This document shows positions 55,070-64,000 of a DNA stretch of 64,000 bases, piece after piece (position 1 is the stretch's first letter; every line of letters begins with the position of its first letter). The position numbers and the translations under genes were made by a program. Below the pieces are notes generated by a model that had not been told where the DNA came from, searched no databases, and saw nothing but the letters and a program-made list of their open reading frames with translations. Source of the stretch: an uncultured bacterium (lineage in GTDB: Bacteria > Bacteroidota > Bacteroidia > J057 > JADKCL01); NCBI GenBank assembly GCA_963923035.1, contig CAWUKT010000002.1, positions 38,574 through 102,573 of the forward strand, read 5' to 3'.

Positions 55070-57020
55070 GTGGAGAATAGCGCTTCTGGCGCTCGTGGCA
55101 TGGGCAGTGGTTGTGGGATGGGGAATGAAAACCAATCCGAGTTCGGAGTACCGCTTTCCCATGAATGGTTCTGACTTTTTGCTTTCGGGAACATTCGGTG
55201 AACTGCGGACCAATCACTTTCATTCGGGCATTGATGTCAAGACCGGCGGAGAGATCGGGAAAAAGCTCTATGCCGCCCGGGAAGGTTATGTCTACCGGCT
55301 CAAGGTGAGTCCCTACGGATTTGGCAAGGCCGTCTACCTCCGCCATCCCGATGGCGAGTTCACCGTCTACGCCCACCTCAACGGCTTCTCCGATGAAATC
55401 GAAGAGTACGTTTACCAAAAACAATACGCCACCAAGCGCTACGAGCAGGAGATTTACCTGCCCGAAGATGAAATCCAGGTCCAGAAAGGACAGTTCATCG
55501 CGTACAGCGGGAATTCTGGCTCCTCGATGGGTCCCCACCTCCACTTTGAAATCCGAGACCCCGAAGAGCGCATCACCAATGTGCTCCAGCATTATAAGTA
55601 CGCGATCCGCGACAAGGTCAAACCGATCGTCCAGCGAATTGGATTGCAGGCGCTGGACGCTGGCAGCCACGTAGACGAACGCTACGAAAAGGTCGAAATC
55701 GTGCCCCAGGGGGGCAACGGTTCCTATACGATCCCGGGCGTGACGCCCGTGCAAGGCCGGTTTGGCGTGGAGTACCTCGCCTACGACCTGTTGGACGCCG
55801 CTCCCAACCACTGCGGCATCAACTATGCCCAGCTGTACCTGGACAACCAGGAAATCTTCATGTTCGAAATGGATGAATTTGGCTTCGATGAGAAGAAGTA
55901 CATCAATGTCCATTTTGACTACCCCCACTACAAGCGGACCGGCCGCAAATTCCAGAAGGCCTATATCGACCACGGCAACCGGTTGCCCTGCTATCCCCGC
56001 GACGTCAACCAGGGTATCATCGAATTGCAGGACGACCTGGTCCACCAGGTCCGGTTGGACCTGATCGATACGCACGGGAACAAAACCAATGTGAAGTTCA
56101 AGGTTCAGCGGCGGAAGCGGAAAGCGTTGCCGCAGGAACTCAAATTTCCGGGGGTGACCAGCTTGTCGGCCCACCGGCACCGGAGCGTCTTTGTATGTGA
56201 AATCAAAAACCCCAGCACCGCCCACTTACGGGGCGTCGACGTCCATTATAACAATGGAGATACCCAACGAATCCGGCCGGCCTATCTGGAGGACAATGTC
56301 CTCACTTACCTCGTCGACCTGGAAAAATGGCGGTTGCCTGCTCATATCCAGGATCCCATCACGGGCAAGAAAGCGGAGTTTTTCTATGAGGAGACGGTGC
56401 TGCCGGACAAAAACAATATTGTGGAGACCGGCGAGATCAAGTGCTATTTCCCCTATACCGCCGTTTTCGATTCCCTCCCCCTCCATGTGCGACGCTACCC
56501 CGGCAACAGCCGGATGTATTCGGACATCTACGAAATTGGCAGCCAGAATGACCCGCTCTTCAAGTCGTTTGTGCTGAATATCCAGCCCAACCGGTCCGGC
56601 AAGCGTCAGCACATGGTCCTGGCCACCCAGAACCGCTCGGGACGCTGGCAATACCTCGGCAAAGAGCTGAACGAAGACCAGAGCGTCTATGCCTCTTCAG
56701 GCAAATTCGGCACCTTCTGCGTCATGGCCGACAGCACGTCTCCCGTCATCCGCCCCTCCAATATTTCGGATGGCGGTACGGTCTCAGCGCGCCAGTCCAC
56801 CCTGCGGATCCGCATTACCGACAATTTTTCCGGCATTGACAGCCAACGGATCCTCGGCACAATTGACGATCGGTGGGTGCTGTTTGAATTTGACGCCAAG
56901 ACGAGTACGATCACCCATCGGCTCCGAGAACGGCCTTCCTCCGGCGCCCATACGCTGCACCTGATGGTCTACGACAACGCGAACAATCTCGCGGAGAAAT
57001 CGTTTACCCTCTACTTTTAA
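55059..57020 (+). CDS. M23 family metallopeptidase with a large C-terminal extension
   Basis: N-terminal anchor (WRIALLALVAWAVVVG) and M23 motifs HFHSGIDV and GPHLHFEIRD. About 450 additional C-terminal residues have no motif I recognise. Confidence 0.85.
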   Translation: MSGKWRIALLALVAWAVVVGWGMKTNPSSEYRFPMNGSDFLLSGTFGELRTNHFHSGIDVKTGGEIGKKLYAAREGYVYRLKVSPYGFGKAVYLRHPDGEFTVYAHLNGFSDEIEEYVYQKQYATKRYEQEIYLPEDEIQVQKGQFIAYSGNSGSSMGPHLHFEIRDPEERITNVLQHYKYAIRDKVKPIVQRIGLQALDAGSHVDERYEKVEIVPQGGNGSYTIPGVTPVQGRFGVEYLAYDLLDAAPNHCGINYAQLYLDNQEIFMFEMDEFGFDEKKYINVHFDYPHYKRTGRKFQKAYIDHGNRLPCYPRDVNQGIIELQDDLVHQVRLDLIDTHGNKTNVKFKVQRRKRKALPQELKFPGVTSLSAHRHRSVFVCEIKNPSTAHLRGVDVHYNNGDTQRIRPAYLEDNVLTYLVDLEKWRLPAHIQDPITGKKAEFFYEETVLPDKNNIVETGEIKCYFPYTAVFDSLPLHVRRYPGNSRMYSDIYEIGSQNDPLFKSFVLNIQPNRSGKRQHMVLATQNRSGRWQYLGKELNEDQSVYASSGKFGTFCVMADSTSPVIRPSNISDGGTVSARQSTLRIRITDNFSGIDSQRILGTIDDRWVLFEFDAKTSTITHRLRERPSSGAHTLHLMVYDNANNLAEKSFTLYF

Positions 57021-57043
57021 CCTCCAAAAAATTCTCATCCGAA

Positions 57044-57514
57044 ATGGCTAAACTCGAACTGCTTGAACCCGGAACCGAGGCCCCTGAATTTGCCGTCAAC
57101 GACCAGGACGGAAATGTCACCCACCTCGCCGACTTCAAGGGAAAGAAAGTCGTCCTCTATTTTTACCCCAAGGACAATACCCCCGGCTGCACCAAGGAAG
57201 CCTGCAACCTGCGGGACAACCATACCATGCTGACCGAGCAGGGATTTGTGGTGTTGGGTGTGAGTGTGGACGATGAAAAATCCCATACCAAGTTCATCAC
57301 GAAATTTGACCTGCCCTTCAAACTCCTCGCGGATACGGAGCATGAAATCGTGAACAAGTACAAGGTGTGGGGAGAAAAGAATATGTACGGGCGGAAATAC
57401 GAAGGGACTCACCGGGTCACCTATATCATCGACGAAGAAGGGAAGATTGAGCACGTCATCAAGAAGGTCAAAACGGGCGAACACACGGCCCAGGTGTTGG
57501 CGCTTTACAATTGA
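57044..57514 (+). CDS. bcp: Thioredoxin-dependent thiol peroxidase (Bcp-type peroxiredoxin)
   Basis: 156 aa: KKVVLYFYPKDNTPGCTKEAC. Confidence 0.9.
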   Translation: MAKLELLEPGTEAPEFAVNDQDGNVTHLADFKGKKVVLYFYPKDNTPGCTKEACNLRDNHTMLTEQGFVVLGVSVDDEKSHTKFITKFDLPFKLLADTEHEIVNKYKVWGEKNMYGRKYEGTHRVTYIIDEEGKIEHVIKKVKTGEHTAQVLALYN

Positions 57515-57541
57515 TCGAACCTACAGCTTAGAAATAATAAG

Positions 57542-57562
57542 GGGCCGGATGTGATCCGGCCC
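57542..57562. terminator. Bidirectional-looking terminator hairpin between bcp and small ORF A
   Basis: Stem GGGCCGGA (57542-57549) / TCCGGCCC (57555-57562) with a TGTGA loop. On the + strand TATTTGTTTGATTT follows it. On the minus strand it lies downstream of the ORF A stop. Confidence 0.65.
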
Positions 57563-57615
57563 TATTTGTTTGATTTCATGAAATTGAACAAGAGTGAAAT
57601 GCTGGGTGGGGCATT

Positions 57616-57705
57616 TTATCTCCGGGCTGCTCGGACAGCGGCATAAAGACCCAGTCCGATTACGGCTGAGAGAATAGCAAGCCCCGTCAATGTTTCGACT
57701 GACAT
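57616..57705 (-). CDS. Small hydrophobic peptide A (29 aa): MSVETLTGLAILSAVIGLGLYAAVRAARR
   Basis: ATG at 57705, TAA at 57618-57616. One TM helix plus an Arg-rich tail. It shares the TGLAIL core with peptide C, with differences only at third codon positions. A promoter-like TTTG-N20-TACATTTG lies upstream. Confidence 0.5.
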   Translation of the reverse strand: MSVETLTGLAILSAVIGLGLYAAVRAARR

Positions 57706-57775
57706 AATGGTAATATTAATTGGTTATTGACTTGTCTTTAAAAGTATTTCAGACAGCGAAATAGTACAGTTACAA

Positions 57776-57807
57776 CAAATGTACATTTTTTCCATAATGA
57801 ATCCAAA
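57776..57807 (-). promoter_or_regulatory. Bacteroidota-type promoter candidate (-33 TTTG / -7 TACATTTG) upstream of peptide A
   Basis: On the minus strand TTTG (57807-57804) is followed by a 20-nt spacer and TACATTTG (57783-57776), about 70 nt upstream of the ATG at 57705. Confidence 0.4.
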
Positions 57808-57855
57808 TTCAATTGAATTACAAGTTGTTATGGAAAACATATGGTGACAGTAGGT

Positions 57856-57882
57856 AAACAAAAAGTCGGAGCCATTTCCGAC
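57856..57882 (-). terminator. Terminator hairpin downstream of small ORF B
   Basis: Stem GTCGGA (57865-57870) / TCCGAC (57877-57882) with a 6-nt loop. On the minus strand TTTTTGTTT follows it. Confidence 0.5.
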
Positions 57883-57922
57883 TCCGACTAGCAAGGATAA
57901 TTCGCGAGTGACTTATTTTTTC

Positions 57923-58003
57923 TCATGCAAAGCGACGGCTAAATGCGACACCGCTCATGAACATGCAGGTAAACATTGCTGCGGAGATCAAAATGGTTTC
58001 CAT
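57923..58003 (-). CDS. Small hydrophobic peptide B (26 aa): METILISAAMFTCMFMSGVAFSRRFA
   Basis: ATG at 58003, TGA at 57925-57923. It starts 47 nt after the peptide C stop and has the same architecture (TM helix plus RR near the C-terminus). Sequence similarity to A and C is weaker. Confidence 0.35.
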   Translation of the reverse strand: METILISAAMFTCMFMSGVAFSRRFA

Positions 58004-58050
58004 AATAACTGTAATTAAAGGTGGTACTTAGGTGAATGTTGTTGTTGGGT

Positions 58051-58137
58051 TTAGCGCCGCGAGGTGCGCATGGCCATAATTCCGCCCCCGATGATCAGGG
58101 TAGTAAGAATGGCAAGTCCGGTAATCATCTCAATCAT
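58051..58137 (-). CDS. Small hydrophobic peptide C (28 aa): MIEMITGLAILTTLIIGGGIMAMRTSRR
   Basis: ATG at 58137, TAA at 58053-58051. Paralog of peptide A (E-x-[IL]-TGLAIL-[ST]..I-G-x-G...R-x-x-RR). An A-rich region precedes the start codon. Confidence 0.5.
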   Translation of the reverse strand: MIEMITGLAILTTLIIGGGIMAMRTSRR

Positions 58138-58503
58138 GGTTCTAAGGTTTAAGGTTTTAAATTTTATTGCTGAATGTGCTGTTGGTCATTCTTTGGTTGA
58201 CTTTACGCCCCTATTTCCCCTTCCGTTCCCCATTTTCAGCCAACGGAGCCCAAAACCCAGTGAAATTCCTTGTTTTGGCAGTGAATGGCCTTCATTTCCC
58301 AGCCACACCTCGCGCTCACGTTTTCGCAACCCAAAATTTATTCTCCACACCAAAACCGCCACTTAAACAACCCCAAAACCCACACCTCGGAATAATTTTT
58401 CCACAATTCACCATAAATTCACATTATACCAACCATTTTTACCACTCACTTCTGGTCTTTTTTCTAATTTTACCCCCAAGAAACATACACGACCCCCAAC
58501 ATA

Positions 58504-60693
58504 ATGTCGAATCCAAGAACAAAAGCACTGGAAACCATCCAAAACCGGAAATCTACCCCAGCCGTAGAGCATCCCCGGCGGGTTTCTGAGATTTTCGCCT
58601 CTCACGTCTTTACCAAGGACGTGATGCAACAGTACCTAACCAAAGACATTTATAAGCAACTCGCCAAAGCCATCGAAGAAGGCACCCCGGTTGAACGGGA
58701 CATCGCCGATTTCGTCGCCCGGGGGATGCAAAACTGGGCCATCGAACAAGGTGCGACCCATTATACCCACTGGTTCCAACCCCTCACGGGGCTGACCGCC
58801 GAGAAGCACGACTCTTTTCTGACCGTCAAAGACGGCCGCGCCCTCGAAGAATTCTCCGGCAGCAACCTCGCCCAGCAGGAGCCGGACGCATCTTCACTCC
58901 CCTCCGGAGGCATCCGAAACACCTTCGAAGCCCGCGGATACACCGCCTGGGACCCGTCTTCTCCCGCTTTCATCTTCGAAAACCAATACGGCAAGACCCT
59001 TTGTATCCCGACCATCTTCGTCTCCTATACCGGCGAAGCCCTCGACTTCAAGGCTCCCTTGCTGAAATCCATGGCCTCGCTGGAAGAAGCGGCGGTCAAT
59101 GTCTGTAAGCTCTTCGACCGCAACGTCAAGAGTGTCACGCCGACCCTCGGCGTGGAACAAGAATACTTCCTCGTGGACCGGGCCTTCTTTGACCTGCGTC
59201 CCGACCTCATCCTCGCCGGACGGACCGTCGTCGGTGCTGCTCCCGCCCGGGGCCAGCAGCTGGACGACCACTATTTCGGATCCATTCCGGAACGGGTCTA
59301 CGCCTTCATGAAGGAAGTCGAGATTGAGAGCTACCGCTTGGGCATTCCGCTGACCACCCGTCACAACGAAGTTGCCCCGAGCCAGTTTGAATGTGCGCCC
59401 CTCTTTGAGGAGCTGAACGTCGCCGTGGACCACAATGCCCTGTTCATGGACCTCCTCGAACGCGTCGCCCGCAAGCACAGCTTCCGGGTGCTGCTCCATG
59501 AGAAGCCCTACGCCGGCATCAATGGCTCCGGTAAGCACAACAACTGGTCCATGGCCACCAATACTGGCAAGAACCTCCTCAGCCCCGGTTCGGCCCCGAA
59601 AGAGAACCTTCAGTTCCTGACCTTTTTCATCAATACCATCAAAGCCGTCCACGAACACGCTGACCTACTGCGTTCGGTCATTGCGTCGGCTGGAAACGAT
59701 CACCGCCTCGGTGCCAACGAAGCCCCGCCGGCCATCATTTCCGTCTTCATTGGTTCGCAGTTGAGTAAAGTGCTGGATGAAATCGAGAAACCGAGCCGCA
59801 AGAAGAAGAAGGACACGCCGCAATCGTACGTGAAACTGGGCATTCCCAAGATTCCCGAATTGCGCCTGGACAATACCGACCGCAACCGGACCTCTCCCTT
59901 TGCCTTTACTGGCAATAAATTTGAGTTCCGCGCCGTGGGCTCCTCCTCCAACTCCGCGGGCCCGATGATCGTCCTGAACGCCATCGTCGCCAATCAGTTG
60001 GTCGAGTTCCGCAAGACCATCGACCGCAAAGTTTCCCGCGGGAAAAAGAAAGAAGTCGCCATCATTGAGGTGCTCCGCGATTACGTCAAGGAGTCCAAAG
60101 ACATCCGATTCGAAGGCAATGGCTATTCCGACGAATGGGTAGACGAGGCGACCAAGCGGGGCCTGAACAATATCAAGAAGACTCCCAAGGCCCTGGATGC
60201 CTATATCACCGAGTCCACGATCAAGCTCTTCACCAAGCTGGACATCTTCTCCGAGGTCGAATTGCGCGCCCGTCATGAGATTCGCCTGGAACAATACGTG
60301 AAGAAAATTGACATCGAAGCCCGCGTATTGAATGAATTGGTCATCAACCAAATCATGCCGGCTGCCCTGCGCGCCCAGAAGGAATTGGCCGAAAATGTCG
60401 AAGCCCTGAAAGACATCGACCTCGATGCCGAGTTCTACGAGGTACAGGTAGAGCTGATCAAGGAACTGGCGGTCAAGGTCCGCGACCTTCGCAAGCACAG
60501 CCTGAAACTGGACGAAGCGCTAGAAAAAGGCGAAAAACTCGAAGAAGAAGTCCGGGAGCAGGCCATTTTCTATTCAGAGGATGTAGTCTCCGAAATGGAA
60601 GCCATTCGCGAAGCCGCCGACGGATTGGAAGAGTTGGTGCCTGATTCTCACTGGCCTTTGCCCAAATACCGCGAAATGTTGTTCACTCGTTAA
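58504..60693 (+). CDS. glnN: Glutamine synthetase type III
   Basis: 729 aa with a GSIII-specific N-terminus (RVSEIFASHVFTKDVMQQYL) and catalytic-core motifs (EQEYFLVD, NEVAPSQFE, HEKPYAGINGSGKHNNWS). Confidence 0.95.
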   Translation: MSNPRTKALETIQNRKSTPAVEHPRRVSEIFASHVFTKDVMQQYLTKDIYKQLAKAIEEGTPVERDIADFVARGMQNWAIEQGATHYTHWFQPLTGLTAEKHDSFLTVKDGRALEEFSGSNLAQQEPDASSLPSGGIRNTFEARGYTAWDPSSPAFIFENQYGKTLCIPTIFVSYTGEALDFKAPLLKSMASLEEAAVNVCKLFDRNVKSVTPTLGVEQEYFLVDRAFFDLRPDLILAGRTVVGAAPARGQQLDDHYFGSIPERVYAFMKEVEIESYRLGIPLTTRHNEVAPSQFECAPLFEELNVAVDHNALFMDLLERVARKHSFRVLLHEKPYAGINGSGKHNNWSMATNTGKNLLSPGSAPKENLQFLTFFINTIKAVHEHADLLRSVIASAGNDHRLGANEAPPAIISVFIGSQLSKVLDEIEKPSRKKKKDTPQSYVKLGIPKIPELRLDNTDRNRTSPFAFTGNKFEFRAVGSSSNSAGPMIVLNAIVANQLVEFRKTIDRKVSRGKKKEVAIIEVLRDYVKESKDIRFEGNGYSDEWVDEATKRGLNNIKKTPKALDAYITESTIKLFTKLDIFSEVELRARHEIRLEQYVKKIDIEARVLNELVINQIMPAALRAQKELAENVEALKDIDLDAEFYEVQVELIKELAVKVRDLRKHSLKLDEALEKGEKLEEEVREQAIFYSEDVVSEMEAIREAADGLEELVPDSHWPLPKYREMLFTR

Positions 60694-60719
60694 GTGACCC
60701 AATTAGTATATTTTTAGCA

Positions 60720-60750
60720 GCTGCCTCCTGCCCGGGAGGCGGCTTTTTTT
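60720..60750 (+). terminator. Rho-independent terminator after glnN
   Basis: Stem GCTGCCTCC (60720-60728) / GGAGGCGGC (60735-60743) with one G-U pair, followed by T7. Confidence 0.75.
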
Positions 60751-60835
60751 ATGAACCCCGGTTCCTGAATCCTATCAGGATCGCAGCAATATGACAGATT
60801 TTCTGGTATCTTTAAGGCGACTACAATATTGAAAT

Positions 60836-61732
60836 ATGCGATTTTTTACCTTGATAGGCCTGTTTTGCTTGCTTTTTGGAGTGGGGAAAGGACAAAACCA
60901 AATTCCGAATGGCGACTTTGAGGATTGGTCCTCCGATGCCCTCAATCTGTACGAGGAACCGGCTTCGGGTTGGTGGACCACGCTCAATCCCCTCCGCAAC
61001 CTGGGCGGCCCGGTCACGGTGAGCAAGAGTACCGATGCCCATTCCGGCACCTACTCCGCCCGCCTCGTATCTGATACCTACGGTACCCTGTTTTCTCCCG
61101 GGATCCTCCTCTCCGGCAGCTTGGACTTGCTCGCCGCTCCTACTTTTTTCACCCGCGGACAACCCTATACTTCCCGTCCTTCCACCTTCGAAGGCTGGTA
61201 CAAATATTCCCCGGTCGATGGCGACAGCGGGGCGATTGCCGTCCAATTGATCAAGTGGAATACGACCACGAACCAACGGGATACGGTCGGCGAAGTCGGA
61301 ATCATCATTCCCAACGCCACGCCCACCTGGACCCAGTTTGTGCTGCCCATCTTCTACTATTCCAATGAAACCCCGGATTCCATCATCGTCGTGGCCACGT
61401 CCAGCGCCGATGGCGGCAATTTCAATGGTGCCGTTGGCAGTGAATTGTGGGTCGACGATTTCGATCTCTCCCTCGCCACGGGTCAAGCTCCGGCGGAGGA
61501 ATCCCTGGAAGTCCGGTTTTGGGAAAGGGGCGGAGAATGGATTGTCGACCTGCCCACCGAACGCGCCCAATTGCGCGTCCTGGACTTTTCCGGAAAAATT
61601 CTCCTCACATCTTCTCTCCACACCGGCCAAAACAATATCCCCCTGACCGGCTGGTCAAGCGGGGTTTACTTGGTAGAAATGACGGGAGTGAGTGGAAGGG
61701 TTTGGCGGAAAAAAGTGGCCCTGATTCGATAA
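60836..61732 (+). CDS. Secreted PCMD-like domain protein with T9SS C-terminal sorting domain
   Basis: 298 aa: signal peptide, IPNGDFEDW..., GWYKYSP..., ELWVDDF, and a C-terminal beta-sandwich tail of about 80 aa ending GVYLVEMTGVSGRVWRKKVALIR, typical of Por_Secre_tail. Confidence 0.8.
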   Translation: MRFFTLIGLFCLLFGVGKGQNQIPNGDFEDWSSDALNLYEEPASGWWTTLNPLRNLGGPVTVSKSTDAHSGTYSARLVSDTYGTLFSPGILLSGSLDLLAAPTFFTRGQPYTSRPSTFEGWYKYSPVDGDSGAIAVQLIKWNTTTNQRDTVGEVGIIIPNATPTWTQFVLPIFYYSNETPDSIIVVATSSADGGNFNGAVGSELWVDDFDLSLATGQAPAEESLEVRFWERGGEWIVDLPTERAQLRVLDFSGKILLTSSLHTGQNNIPLTGWSSGVYLVEMTGVSGRVWRKKVALIR

Positions 61733-61734
61733 GC

Positions 61735-62457
61735 ATGAAAAAAATCCTGTTTCTCGCCTGCGCCTTTTTCGTCACCCAGACTACTTGGGGTCAGGAAATT
61801 GATTGGGGCGTTCGGGCCGGAGCCATCTTTGGCGGTCCCATTCCCACCAATGTTTCGCCGGACAGCTCGGACGGAACTCCCGGCTGGGGACCCTCATTGG
61901 CTGTATGGGCGAGTTATGCTCTCACTCCAAAGCTCAAAGTCCGGGCCGAACTTGGCTATTCCTATAAGGCGGCCGATTACAGCCTGCTGATCCGAACCGA
62001 TACCAGCGTCACGCTGGAACTCCTGCCCGGCATCGTCGACACGGTTCCCTCCTTCTATTTTGCAGACGTCAACGGCTCCTTGGGCCTCCACTACCTGGAG
62101 CTCCCCATTTTCATCCAATACGAAACCTTTCCCCGCCTTCATCTCAACGCCGGCATCAACCTCGGCTATTTGCTCGCAGGTTCCGACGATGGCACCGCCG
62201 ATATCCAGATCGGCGAGGGCGGTATCTTCGAAGACACCCTCACCACCTTCGCCAACTTCCCCGACGAACTCCAACGGTTCGACCTTGGCGTTCTGCTCGG
62301 CAGCAGTTACACGTTTGATTTTGGATTGGAATTGGAGATTCGGGGCTACCGCAGCCTGACCGGGCTGTACCGCAAGGGCTTTTTTGACAGCCAGGGCCTG
62401 CCTGGCAATCAAAACTTCAATACCCAGGTCTTCCTGGGAGCGGGTTGGCGGTTTTAA
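61735..62457 (+). CDS. Outer-membrane beta-barrel (porin-family) protein
   Basis: 240 aa with signal peptide MKKILFLACAFFVTQTTWGQ and an aromatic C-terminal strand ending GAGWRF. Confidence 0.7.
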   Translation: MKKILFLACAFFVTQTTWGQEIDWGVRAGAIFGGPIPTNVSPDSSDGTPGWGPSLAVWASYALTPKLKVRAELGYSYKAADYSLLIRTDTSVTLELLPGIVDTVPSFYFADVNGSLGLHYLELPIFIQYETFPRLHLNAGINLGYLLAGSDDGTADIQIGEGGIFEDTLTTFANFPDELQRFDLGVLLGSSYTFDFGLELEIRGYRSLTGLYRKGFFDSQGLPGNQNFNTQVFLGAGWRF

Positions 62458-62466
62458 ATATCCCGA

Positions 62467-64000
62467 TTACATGTTGCGGCGGTACTGACCGCCGACCTCG
62501 TACAGCGAATGGGTCATTTGGCCCAGGGAGCAGACCTTGGCGGCTTCCATCAGCGCCTCGAAAATGTTTTCGTTGCGGATGGCGGCCAGCTGAAGCTGGC
62601 GCAGGGCGTCGGCCCCTTCCTGGCTGTTCCGCCCCTTCAATTCCTCGATCCCTTCAATCTGCGACTCTTTCTCTTCCTTCGTGGAACGGATGACCTCCTC
62701 GGGAATGATGGTCGGCGAGCCTTCCGAGCTGAGGAAGGTGTTCACGCCCACAATCGGCAGATCGCCGGTATGCTTGAGCGTCTCGTAGTACAGCGACTCT
62801 TCCTGGATTTTGGAGCGCTGGTACTGGCGCTCCATCGCGCCGAGGACGCCGCCCCGGTCGGTGATGCGGCGGAATTCGGTCATCACTGCCTCTTCCACCA
62901 AGTCCGTCAGTTCTTCGATGATGAAGGAACCCTGCATTGGGTTTTCATTCTTCGCCAATCCCAACTCCTTGTTGATGATCAGCTGAATGGCCATGGCGCG
63001 ACGCACGGAATCCTCGGTGGGAGTCGTAATGGCCTCGTCATAGGCATTGGTGTGGAGGGAATTCGTATTGTCGTAGATCGCGTACAGCGCCTGGAGCGTC
63101 GTACGGATATCGTTGAAGGCGATTTCCTGGGCGTGGAGAGAGCGGCCGCTGGTCTGAATATGGTACTTCAGCATCTGCGAACGCTTGTTGCCACCGTACT
63201 TGTTCTTGATGGCCTTGGACCAGATTCTCCGGGCGACCCGACCGATTACGCTGTATTCGGGGTCCATGCCGTTGGAGAAGAAGTAGGACAGGTTCGGCGC
63301 AAAATCATCGATGTGCATGCCCCGGCTGAGGTAGTACTCGACGAAGGTGAAGCCATTCGCGAGGGTAAAGGCCAGCTGGGAAATGGGGTTCGCGCCGGCC
63401 TCGGCGATGTGGTAGCCGGAGATGGAAACGGAATAAAAGTTCCGGACCTTCCGATCAATGAAGGACTGCTGGATATCGCCCATCATCCGCAGCGCAAATT
63501 CTGTGGAGAAAATGCAGGTGTTCTGGGCCTGGTCTTCCTTGAGGATATCCGCCTGGACGGTACCCCGTGTGGTGGCCATGGCCTCGGCTTTGATTTTTTT
63601 GTAGACCTCTTTTTCCAAGACCTGATCCCCCGTCACTCCCAGGAGCAACAGTCCCAGACCGTCGTTTCCTTCGGGCAAATCACCTCGGTAGACCGGCCGA
63701 TCAACGCCCTTCTCAGCATAAATCTGGTCGATTTTGGCATTGACCTCGTCCACCAATCCATTTTCGCGGATATACTTCTCACACTGCTGGTCGATGGCGG
63801 TATTCATGTAGAACGCCAACAGCATCGGAGCCGGCCCATTGATCGTCATGGACACGGAAGTCGTTTTCTTGCAGAGGTCGAATCCGGAGTACAGGCGCTT
63901 GGCGTCGTCGAGGGAAGCAATGGAAACACCGGAGTTGCCAATCTTACCGTAGATGTCGGGGCGGTAAGCGGGGTCTTCCCCGTAAAGGGTCACGGAGTCA
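62467..64000 (-). CDS. Methylmalonyl-CoA mutase family large (catalytic) subunit, 5'-truncated by the window edge
   Basis: The reading frame is open to position 64000. Acyl-CoA mutase TIM-barrel motifs are present ([45 protein letters not shown]). It ends without a B12-binding domain. Confidence 0.9.
   Translation of the reverse strand, partial: DSVTLYGEDPAYRPDIYGKIGNSGVSIASLDDAKRLYSGFDLCKKTTSVSMTINGPAPMLLAFYMNTAIDQQCEKYIRENGLVDEVNAKIDQIYAEKGVDRPVYRGDLPEGNDGLGLLLLGVTGDQVLEKEVYKKIKAEAMATTRGTVQADILKEDQAQNTCIFSTEFALRMMGDIQQSFIDRKVRNFYSVSISGYHIAEAGANPISQLAFTLANGFTFVEYYLSRGMHIDDFAPNLSYFFSNGMDPEYSVIGRVARRIWSKAIKNKYGGNKRSQMLKYHIQTSGRSLHAQEIAFNDIRTTLQALYAIYDNTNSLHTNAYDEAITTPTEDSVRRAMAIQLIINKELGLAKNENPMQGSFIIEELTDLVEEAVMTEFRRITDRGGVLGAMERQYQRSKIQEESLYYETLKHTGDLPIVGVNTFLSSEGSPTIIPEEVIRSTKEEKESQIEGIEELKGRNSQEGADALRQLQLAAIRNENIFEALMEAAKVCSLGQMTHSLYEVGGQYRRNM

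Noticed and set aside
57724-57795. A 23-codon Cys-rich ORF (MEKMYICCNCTISLSEILLKTSQ) on the minus strand upstream of peptide A.
   Set aside because: It overlaps the best promoter-like element for peptide A (the TACATTTG box lies inside it). It has no paralog in the window to support coding, unlike peptides A and C. It is kept only as a low-probability alternative.
58140-58503. Glutamine-responsive RNA element or additional small peptide copy upstream of glnN.
   Set aside because: I found no convincing conserved structure. The only minus-strand ATG ORF there (MKAIHCQNKEFHWVLGSVG) is not hydrophobic and is unrelated to peptides A-C. The region is best left as the glnN promoter/5' region of unknown regulation.
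58064-58589. Plus-strand ORFs of 100 and 140 aa (58064-58366 and 58167-58589) in the bcp-glnN gap.
   Set aside because: Their translations are low-complexity and Pro/Phe/Ser-rich. They overlap the glnN start and the small minus-strand peptide genes, and have no motif or plausible start context.
1-64000. Screen of the whole window for CRISPR arrays, rRNA/tRNA genes, IS elements, integrases, phage genes or long direct/inverted repeats.
   Set aside because: No repeat-spacer periodicity, no tRNA-like cloverleaf candidates in the intergenic gaps, and no transposase, integrase or phage-like ORFs were seen. The only repeated units are the short hairpins and the small-peptide paralogs reported above.

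Overview
This window looks like a chromosomal segment from a Bacteroidota genome. The evidence is a type III glutamine synthetase, a T9SS C-terminal sorting domain, TonB-dependent receptors with carboxypeptidase-regulatory-like N-termini, TAnnTTTG-type promoter boxes and no Shine-Dalgarno sites. Coding regions are GC-rich and intergenic DNA is AT-rich. I saw no rRNA, tRNA, CRISPR array, transposase or integrase. Most genes are housekeeping or envelope functions: an RND efflux operon, lpdA, thiG, anmK, apaG, cysH, glnN, bcp, a methylmalonyl-CoA mutase fragment, two ECF sigma modules, two TonB-dependent receptors, a LytS/LytTR pair and a 1493-aa hybrid sensor kinase.

Five loci deserve a second look:
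1. A 1-kb AT-rich gap between bcp and glnN (57515-58503) has no ORF in the supplied track. It holds three tandem 26-29 codon hydrophobic-peptide genes. Two are clear paralogs that differ mostly at synonymous positions, and the group has promoter-like and terminator signals of its own.
2. A terminator/anti-terminator pair with tandem Cys codons sits directly upstream of cysH (47127-47320).
3. A tightly coupled 7-gene operon of unknown function (17264-23786) encodes two Zn-ribbon/DUF4178 proteins, a small TM protein, DUF350, a membrane-anchored spermidine-synthase-like enzyme, a Tat-exported flavoprotein and a His-rich membrane protein.
4. Divergent from that operon is a 4-gene module (14253-17110): secreted thioredoxin, ApbE, a DUF4266 lipopeptide ending GCGCN, and a DUF3570 barrel.
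5. Several orphan enzyme-like proteins: a Cys-His-Asp papain-like protein, a minimal HExxHxxGxxH metzincin, and an anti-sigma factor fused to a TlpA-like domain with a degenerate active site.

All family assignments come from motif recognition by eye. No database search was run.
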